A stretch of 39,707 nucleotides of DNA from a virus: the IMG/VR virus record IMGVR_UViG_3300045988_170308; one strand, given 5' to 3'. The position numbers and the translations under genes were made by a program. Under the pieces are notes generated by a model. It saw only the letters and a list, made by a program, of their open reading frames with translations. It did not search any database and was not told the DNA's origin. Numbering within the stretch: position 1 is the stretch's first letter; the number at the start of each line of letters is the position of its first letter. Positions 34,644-39,707 of the stretch are shown here, in pieces.

Positions 34644-35282
34644 GTGGATTCATCAATCATCCTTGGGATCATCGGAGCCGCCACCGGGGCTGGCGGCCTG
34701 CTGCTCGCGGCACATGCGAATCGCATCAGTAAGAAGGCCAATAGCCTTGCCGAAACCGCTAACGAAACCGCTCGGGAAAGCCTCGACACTGCTATGGAAG
34801 CCAACCGCATCTCGGAAAAAGCGAACAAGCTGGCTGAAGACGCGAACACGATCAGCGATCGAGCGCTCGCAGCAACCACGGACAATCTCATCTACGACTG
34901 GCAAATCCAAATTGATGACAGCAGTAGAACCGTCACCATCAGGAATGGCAGCCCCCATGATGCTTTTGACGTTGCCGTCTTCGTCAAGCGTGAAGGCACG
35001 CCCGTAGCGCACTGTTTCCGTAAGGAAGTGGCCGGTTTTGATGAGATTGTTTTCGACATCAGCGGCGTGCTTCAAGAACATTTCGATGAGGTAGCCAGTC
35101 ACCCTAGCAGAGATGACTTCATCGTCCACGATATGTTCGTCGCCGGAGAGAAGGGGGAAACCGTCATCACTATCCTTGACTTCCATATCACTTGGAGAAC
35201 ACCAACCGGGATAGACCGCGATAGCGTCATCTCGTACACGCTCAGCCACGGCGATAACTACGGAACCATTGAAAAACGCTGA
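34644..35282 (+). CDS. Membrane-anchored protein of unknown function, encoded antisense to the early operon (candidate lysogen-expressed exclusion or defence gene)
   Basis: 212 aa from the GTG at 34644. N-terminal TM helix IILGIIGAATGAGGLLLAA. Internal duplicated motif ANRISKKANSLAETAN / ANRISEKANKLAEDAN. The plus frame shows purine-rich first codon positions and G/C-rich third positions, whereas the mirror minus ORF does not. Confidence 0.6.
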   Translation: MDSSIILGIIGAATGAGGLLLAAHANRISKKANSLAETANETARESLDTAMEANRISEKANKLAEDANTISDRALAATTDNLIYDWQIQIDDSSRTVTIRNGSPHDAFDVAVFVKREGTPVAHCFRKEVAGFDEIVFDISGVLQEHFDEVASHPSRDDFIVHDMFVAGEKGETVITILDFHITWRTPTGIDRDSVISYTLSHGDNYGTIEKR

Positions 35283-35300
35283 CATCACTACGCCCTCCTT

Positions 35301-35489
35301 CTAAACCAGATTTTTCTTCGCTAGCGCTTCGATCGAGTCACGGTTGATCCGCCGGGTACGCTGGCTGAAATACGTCGCCACCAACGCTTTCTCCGCGATT
35401 AATTTCTCCACCGTGTCCGTGCTAACCTGCATATACTCCGCAGCCTGCTTGACCGTCAGCCACTGCGGGGCAATCACTACCTCACGCAT
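35301..35489 (-). CDS. Excisionase-family HTH DNA-binding protein (candidate Xis or early regulator)
   Basis: 62 aa: LTVKQAAEYMQVSTDTVEKLIAEKALVATYF...RRINRDSIEAL. Confidence 0.6.
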   Translation of the reverse strand: MREVVIAPQWLTVKQAAEYMQVSTDTVEKLIAEKALVATYFSQRTRRINRDSIEALAKKNLV

Positions 35490-35528
35490 CCTTTTCCTTC
35501 CTCTTGCTTTACGACGCCCCGGCGCGAA

Positions 35529-35795
35529 TCACGCAGCAGATCGCTTACTTGGCCGGCGGCGTTGAGGTCGGATTTTTTCTGTCGAAACGTAAAATGCATC
35601 GGCGAATTCAACCGGATAGGTTGTCAATACAGATCCGATAAATCGTGGTCCTGCTTCGGCTTGCCCTCTGGCATATCGGCTAATAGTCGATACGGTTGTC
35701 TGCAGTTCATCCGCTAGGCCGGATAAGCTGCCCGCTTGCGTTATTCGATGCTCAAGCCAATCTTGTCGCACTCGAACCGTGTTTACGGTAGGCAT
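35529..35795 (-). CDS. Cro-like XRE-family HTH regulator
   Basis: 88 aa from the ATG at 35795, which has AGGAGG 4 nt upstream. The HTH is GSLSGLADELQTTVSTISRYARGQ. It is divergent from the repressor gene. Confidence 0.7.
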   Translation of the reverse strand: MPTVNTVRVRQDWLEHRITQAGSLSGLADELQTTVSTISRYARGQAEAGPRFIGSVLTTYPVEFADAFYVSTEKIRPQRRRPSKRSAA

Positions 35796-35825
35796 TTCGC
35801 CTCCTTTGTTTTTAAACAATCTTGA

Positions 35826-35919
35826 TTTGTGCTTACGCAAGCAAGAATAGACCAATTTTTGTTCTAGCGCAAGGCCAATTTGGATTGGCCCAATAACTTG
35901 CCTTTTTGTGCTTACGCAA
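35826..35919. promoter_or_regulatory. Genetic switch: two identical 15-bp operator-like repeats plus a central inverted repeat, with divergent promoters
   Basis: TTTGTGCTTACGCAA at 35826-35840 and 35905-35919. GGCCAATttggATTGGCC at 35873-35890. On the plus strand, TTGCCT-17 nt-TACGAT ends 7 nt before the repressor ATG, which suggests a leaderless mRNA. The second repeat fills that spacer. Confidence 0.6.
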
Positions 35920-35933
35920 TTACGATCTGACAC

Positions 35934-36464
35934 ATGAAGCAAACTCGCTGGTGGAAATACGTAACAGAAACAATCCAAGGTCGCACTTTCAAAGAAGCTG
36001 CCAAAATCGCAGGATTCGACCAATCAGCTTTCACCCGATGGAAAGATGGTGCAGCCGCAAAACCTGAATTCGTTGTAAAATTTGCCCGCGCCTATAACCG
36101 CAATGTCTTAGAAGCCCTAGTGGAGGCAGAATTTATCACAGAACAAGAAGCGGGATTGCAAAAAGTAAACGTTCCAGATATCCGATCCGCACTACGGCTC
36201 GCACCTGAGGAATGGCTAGCTGACGAGGTACTCAACCGAATGCGCGTAGGCGCAAAAACTGACGAGTTCGCACCCCCTCTTGACGAACTGGTTGAACGCA
36301 AACGACATAAAGCTAATAAACACCCTGATCCCAAACCGGATGATCCTTGGGCTGCTGCGACCACAGTTAGTGGTAAGGGCTCGTGGCGCGGTGATGAAAT
36401 GGTTGCCGATGACTCGGAGGAAGAAGGCTTCCTAGGTGACGATAATTACAGCGATGGTCTATAA
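35934..36464 (+). CDS. CI-like immunity repressor (HTH)
   Basis: 176 aa. The N-terminal HTH is RTFKEAAKIAGFDQSAFTRWKDG, followed by FARAYNRNVLEALVEAEFITEQEA. It is divergent from the cro-like gene and has an acidic C-terminal tail. Confidence 0.7.
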   Translation: MKQTRWWKYVTETIQGRTFKEAAKIAGFDQSAFTRWKDGAAAKPEFVVKFARAYNRNVLEALVEAEFITEQEAGLQKVNVPDIRSALRLAPEEWLADEVLNRMRVGAKTDEFAPPLDELVERKRHKANKHPDPKPDDPWAAATTVSGKGSWRGDEMVADDSEEEGFLGDDNYSDGL

Positions 36465-36467
36465 TTT

Positions 36468-36980
36468 TTGTGCTACAACCAGCGGGTTTCCCAATTCGGG
36501 ACTAGCCTAGATAGCATGGGAATTCTTAGTGTCGGCGGCCCACAGAATATGCTTTCACTCTCCGATAAAAGGCTTGCGCTTGTTTACGCTGCAGCTTTGG
36601 AGGTTTTTAAGCGAACTGGCCGCATTACTATCTGCTCTTGGTACAGCGATGAAGAACAATACGCTGCTGTGAGCGCATCCGCTCTTTTTCCTAAATCAAT
36701 TCCTTTTCCTGGAAGAGCCTACAAGATCAAAGAAGTTGATGATGGCCAATACGTTTTGGTGCTCATTCCTGCTTACAGCACAGAACCGGCACCGGTACCC
36801 AAGCCTAAAGCCGTCAAGAAAGTCGCCGATCTCGTCGAAAAGCATGATTGCTGGCTCATACTAGACAAAAGCGACCAAATCATCAGCACCCCCAAGGTCA
36901 TCGAAGAAATCAAGGCCACTGCTAAGTGCATTGATGGAGTAGCCTACCTCAAGGAACTAAACTCCCAAGAAGAAGCTTAA
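36468..36980 (+). CDS. Hypothetical protein co-oriented with the repressor (lysogeny-expressed cargo; start uncertain)
   Basis: Up to 170 aa. Alternative ATG starts lie at 36516 and 36552. It is lower in GC than the structural genes and is followed by a hairpin. Confidence 0.5.
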   Translation: MCYNQRVSQFGTSLDSMGILSVGGPQNMLSLSDKRLALVYAAALEVFKRTGRITICSWYSDEEQYAAVSASALFPKSIPFPGRAYKIKEVDDGQYVLVLIPAYSTEPAPVPKPKAVKKVADLVEKHDCWLILDKSDQIISTPKVIEEIKATAKCIDGVAYLKELNSQEEA

Positions 36981-36998
36981 AGTTCTTACTCGTAAACA

Positions 36999-37040
36999 AA
37001 CCCCGGCGCGCTCAGGTGACCGGGGTTGATGTATTTGATA
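36999..37040 (+). terminator. Terminator-like hairpin after the repressor operon
   Basis: 8-bp stem AACCCCGG / CCGGGGTT with a 13-nt loop, followed by a moderately T-rich stretch. Confidence 0.4.
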
Positions 37041-37056
37041 ATTATGTGCATGGCCT

Positions 37057-37084
37057 GTAATCGAATCTTTACCTAAAACCTATA
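37057..37084. repeat. 28-bp direct repeat, left copy (27/28 identical to 37695-37722)
   Basis: gtaatcgaatctttacctaaaacctata versus gtaaccgaatctttacctaaaacctata. Confidence 0.85.
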
Positions 37085-37151
37085 TACGAATAAGTCTTTA
37101 GCGGGTAGTCTTTTCCTTAAATAATATTCATAAGAACATGAGGGAACGACC

Positions 37152-37277
37152 ATGGCCGATATTTATGATGCTCGATCCACTAGAGAATGGTGCAATCAAG
37201 AAGCCGTAGGCGAGCTTTTTTGCCAGACGGTACTTAACGATAGCGGAAGAGGTTGCAGCCATGATAACCATGCTTGA
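37152..37277 (+). CDS. 41-aa ORF with degenerate XRE-HTH-like sequence, overlapping the ImmA start
   Basis: MADIYDARSTREWCNQEAVGELFCQTVLNDSGRGCSHDNHA. The stretch IYDAR..NQEAVGELF.QTVLNDSGRG parallels the XRE pattern I..lR...g.sQeelAe..g.s...is..ErG. It is below the ORF-track cutoff. Confidence 0.3.
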   Translation: MADIYDARSTREWCNQEAVGELFCQTVLNDSGRGCSHDNHA

Positions 37278-37668
37278 TTTGGAACAATTAGCCGAAGAGA
37301 TGGGCGTCATGATAGTTACCCATACCGGTGGCAAGAAGGGTGGTTGGAATCCGGCAACCCGCACCGTCAGCCTTCGGGAGGGCATGCACGAAGTGCAAAC
37401 ATTGTGCACGCTAGCACACGAACTGGGGCATGCCCACTATAGACACCAGCTTGGCGCAACAGGATTGGCACGCGAACAACAGGAACGTGAAGCAAACGAA
37501 TGGGCCGCAATCTTACTCATAGATGAGAATGATTACATGGCGGCCGAAATCAGCTGTGACAGTATAAGCTCGATCGCTCACGAGCTGGGCGTGACTATTC
37601 TCATGGTTGGGATTTGGAGACAGCTCTACGCCAAAGGGAAGATACCGCAGTACTGCATCCAGGACTAG
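37261..37668 (+). CDS. ImmA/IrrE-family zinc metallopeptidase
   Basis: 135 aa. HEXXH motif in LCTLAHELGHAHYRH, with a downstream ExxANxWAA segment typical of this family. Confidence 0.75.
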   Translation: MITMLDLEQLAEEMGVMIVTHTGGKKGGWNPATRTVSLREGMHEVQTLCTLAHELGHAHYRHQLGATGLAREQQEREANEWAAILLIDENDYMAAEISCDSISSIAHELGVTILMVGIWRQLYAKGKIPQYCIQD

Positions 37669-37694
37669 TGATTCCTCAATTGCTACGAAACCCC

Positions 37695-37722
37695 GTAACC
37701 GAATCTTTACCTAAAACCTATA
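37695..37722. repeat. 28-bp direct repeat, right copy
   Basis: See 37057-37084. The two copies bracket the HTH-like plus ImmA cassette. Confidence 0.85.
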
Positions 37723-37747
37723 ATAGCTAGATTGTTATAAGGCAAGT

Positions 37748-37783
37748 CCCCTACCTCCGTGATGAGGGTAGGGGTTATTTTTT
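37748..37783 (+). terminator. Rho-independent terminator after the ImmA gene
   Basis: 8-bp stem CCCCTACC / GGTAGGGG followed by TTATTTTTTAT. Confidence 0.7.
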
Positions 37784-37800
37784 ATAATACCCCCACTTGA

Positions 37801-38151
37801 CACGGTGAAAACATTTTCGTCTACGCCGACCCCCCTTACCTAGGCCAAGGCGAAGGCCTCTATCTCCACGCCTTTGATGAACCCCAACACAAAGCACTCG
37901 CCAAGAAACTAGCCGACGCCACATTTTACTGGATGCTCACATACGATGACGACCCCTTCATCACCGAAGACCTCTACCACCACGCCCGAGCAGCAATCTT
38001 CCCTATCGCCCACACAGCCCACCACCAACATGTCGGCGCCGAATCAATCATCTACTCAAGCAGCCTCATCATCCCTAACCTGCAAGTCACCAAAAAACAC
38101 ACCGCGCAATGGACACCCAACACCACCCAACCCGAACCCATTCTTTCCTGA
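37801..38151 (+). pseudogene. 5'-truncated DNA adenine methyltransferase (Dam/D12-class) remnant
   Basis: The frame opens right after a TGA at 37798-37800 and reads HGENIFVYADPPYLGQGEGLYLHAFDEPQHKALAKKLADATFYWMLTYDDD... It has catalytic motif IV (DPPY) and the C-terminal region. It has no N-terminal AdoMet-binding region and no start codon before DPPY. Confidence 0.65.
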
Positions 38152-38287
38152 CCCTTACTTGGGTTATTTTTCACGAAACCCCACTAAAAAAGCATGACCT
38201 GCGGATTCATTTTTGAAGATCCGAAAATTTGACCAACCCTCAAAATAAAAAACCAGTGCATTCCCCATGTGGGTGAAAGTAACATCG

Positions 38288-38325
38288 TTGGTAATAATAT
38301 AGCCAGTCGGTTATATTATTACCAA
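38288..38325. repeat. Perfect 14-bp AT-rich inverted repeat downstream of int
   Basis: TTGGTAATAATATA-10 nt-TATATTATTACCAA, 38 nt beyond the int stop codon. Confidence 0.8.
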
Positions 38326-38362
38326 TAGTTTTACATTCATGAGTTAAGCCCCAGCATTAAGC

Positions 38363-39607
38363 TCATTCACCGCTGATAGATAGGTTCACTTTATCCATAA
38401 GCACGTCGATGCGGCCCGTGCGCACCTTCATATACACGCGAATAATCGTTTCCAGATCCGATTGCCCCAATAACCGACCGATCTCTTTCACGTGCGCACC
38501 TTGCTCAGCCAACCTGGTAATCAACCAGTTCCGCCCACAGTGCGGGTCAATATCCGTAGTTACTCCAGCCGCCACCTCAGCCGCGTTAAGCCGGCTACGG
38601 TAACTTGTATCCATCACCGGGCGACCCGTGCGTGTTGTTGTGAAAAGCTTCACCATACGGTCACCCCACTGGCTACGGACCCGGCATGCTACCGCTGGGT
38701 AGTCTCGCATATGGTCAAAGAAAAACCTGGTATGGCTCGCCATAATCGGCACAGTGCGGTACCCCGCGGACGTCTTAGGCGTCTGCCAATTCATATACAC
38801 ATGGCTTTTACCATCAACTTTTTCCGTAAGCCTCTGCGCATTCTGCTCTATGGTGACTAGTATTCTCGGAGCATACGGCACATCACCTATCACACACACA
38901 TGCCGTTGTTCTAAAGCCAGAGCCTCCCCTATCCGCAACCCATGGAACAGCACCAATGACGTTAGCGCCTTATACCTGGCCGGCATATGCTCAATGATCG
39001 CTTTGAGCTCCTCATCGGAGGGGAGATATTTTTCTTCCGGCTTCACTCTTATCCCCGCGGCCTTAATTTCCACCGGGTTAGCCGGGATTAATTCCCGATC
39101 CACAGCCGCAGCGCATGCAGCCTTTAACCGTTTGTAAGCCTTCTGATTCACCGTCGGCGACTTATACGCCACACTGATAGCCTCCCACCACTCATAAACA
39201 TCATTCTTCGTCAGATCAGCAAGCGCAATCCCCGCAAGCCTAGTGATCGCAGCCACCTTATCGCCTGGTGGAAGGGGTGCCGTAATCCGATTCCGAACCG
39301 CCCTTTCATAAACCTGAATAGTGGACTCCTTCACCGGAACCGGCCGGTGCCGCAACGCCTCATGAAACCGCTCGACCCACTCACCAACAGTGATCCTGCT
39401 AGCCTTACGCTTCTCCTGGGCTGCTTCCCGCTGGGCGGGTGGGGTCCATTGCCCAAACGTAATAAGCTCCTCTTCCCCAGATAACCACGCCCCGGCAAGC
39501 CGCTTCGTCTTAAACGTTGATGGCGCCTTATACGACACGCCCTTATGATGGTACCGTGCCTGATAACGACCTGATGGAAGCTTACGGATACTGCCAAAAG
39601 CGGACAT
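38363..39607 (-). CDS. int: Tyrosine integrase
   Basis: 414 aa. N-terminal GSIRKLPSGRYQARY. Catalytic-region motifs HGLRIGEALAL, HCGRNW and IIRVYMKV. It is adjacent to the terminal repeat. Confidence 0.9.
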   Translation of the reverse strand: MSAFGSIRKLPSGRYQARYHHKGVSYKAPSTFKTKRLAGAWLSGEEELITFGQWTPPAQREAAQEKRKASRITVGEWVERFHEALRHRPVPVKESTIQVYERAVRNRITAPLPPGDKVAAITRLAGIALADLTKNDVYEWWEAISVAYKSPTVNQKAYKRLKAACAAAVDRELIPANPVEIKAAGIRVKPEEKYLPSDEELKAIIEHMPARYKALTSLVLFHGLRIGEALALEQRHVCVIGDVPYAPRILVTIEQNAQRLTEKVDGKSHVYMNWQTPKTSAGYRTVPIMASHTRFFFDHMRDYPAVACRVRSQWGDRMVKLFTTTRTGRPVMDTSYRSRLNAAEVAAGVTTDIDPHCGRNWLITRLAEQGAHVKEIGRLLGQSDLETIIRVYMKVRTGRIDVLMDKVNLSISGE

Positions 39608-39630
39608 GACATTCCCCTATTTGAAGTCAG

Positions 39631-39665
39631 ATTTGGCAATATTTCATGCCAAATTCATGCCAAAT
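39631..39665. promoter_or_regulatory. Inverted ATTTGGCA plus two tandem CATGCCAAAT motifs upstream of int (putative arm-type sites / int promoter region)
   Basis: ATTTGGCA at 39631-39638 is the reverse complement of TGCCAAAT. CATGCCAAAT occurs at 39645-39654 and 39656-39665, with 11-bp spacing. Confidence 0.45.
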
Positions 39666-39707
39666 AAAACCATTTTCAACCCTACCCAACCGCCCCTAAT
39701 CCCGTCT
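39653..39707. repeat. Terminal direct repeat copy 2 (identical to 1-55)
   Basis: Same 55-mer as 1-55. It begins 46 nt upstream of the integrase start codon at 39607. Confidence 0.95.

Larger units (their letters stand above)
1..39707. mobile_element. Complete temperate siphovirus-like actinophage genome (circular form or excised prophage)
   Basis: Contiguous integrase, immunity switch, early genes, packaging, head, tail and lysis modules. Identical 55-bp sequences at both window ends. No recognisable host housekeeping genes. Confidence 0.85.

Noticed and set aside
34589-34891. N-terminal 100-aa extension of track ORF 34412..34891
   Set aside because: The extension is low-complexity (Ala/Ser/Arg-rich) and overlaps the better-supported plus-strand gene. 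Only the C-terminal 58 aa form a recognisable Xis-type HTH protein with its own ATG.
34653-35288. 211-aa minus-strand ORF mirroring the plus-strand membrane protein ORF
   Set aside because: Its third codon positions coincide with the first positions of the plus frame. Those positions are purine-rich and less G/C-biased than the plus frame's own third positions. The plus frame shows the expected coding periodicity plus a TM helix and internal repeats. This judgement was made by eye, so it should be confirmed.
37128-37409. 93-aa minus-strand ORF overlapping the start of the ImmA gene
   Set aside because: It overlaps the HEXXH-containing plus-strand gene and the plus-strand micro-ORF. It has no RBS or recognisable motif.

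Overview
The window reads as one complete temperate siphovirus-type phage or prophage genome of about 39.65 kb. The host is probably a high-GC Actinobacterium, because the phage encodes a WhiB-like regulator and a two-domain lysin A-type endolysin and uses AGGAGG-type RBSs. No host genes are visible. Identical 55-bp sequences sit at both window ends (1-55 and 39653-39707), so the molecule closes into a circle, or is bounded by att repeats. The join falls exactly between the integrase gene and the end of the lysis cassette. Almost everything is transcribed on the minus strand. From high to low coordinates the order is: tyrosine integrase (38363-39607); a lower-GC lysogeny and cargo region on the plus strand (CI-like repressor, unknown ORF, short HTH plus ImmA-type metallopeptidase cassette, 5'-truncated Dam methylase remnant); and a divergent genetic switch with repeated operators (35796-35933). 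A leftward early operon follows, holding a Cro-like gene, two Xis-like HTH genes, a tRNA-like element, an acidic protein, small helical proteins, a WhiB-like gene and a Zn-finger protein. Next comes a 540-bp control region, then HNH, a prim-pol-like gene, terS, terL, portal, MuF, scaffold, decoration protein, major capsid, connectors, major tail protein, G/T chaperones with a -1 frameshift, a 1652-aa tape measure, Dit, Tal, fibres, endolysin, holin and two small membrane proteins. The items most worth follow-up are these. (1) The MuF head protein has an AT-rich C-terminal PD-(D/E)xK-like toxin module followed by a small acidic immunity-like ORF. (2) A plus-strand membrane protein gene is embedded antisense in the early operon. 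(3) Two paralogous small helical proteins carry a WA(N)AAI motif and may be nucleotide-sponge (Acb2-like) candidates; I recall that family assignment from memory and could not verify it. (4) Two paralogous KilAC antirepressor morons are bracketed by terminators inside the late operon. (5) A TIM-barrel glycosidase-like tail gene is inserted between the major tail protein and the chaperones. (6) A non-canonical tRNA-like element is present. (7) The ImmA cassette is flanked by 28-bp direct repeats next to a decapitated dam gene. Noncoding coordinates were derived by hand and may be off by 1-3 nt. No database search or computation was possible, so all family assignments rest on motif recognition.
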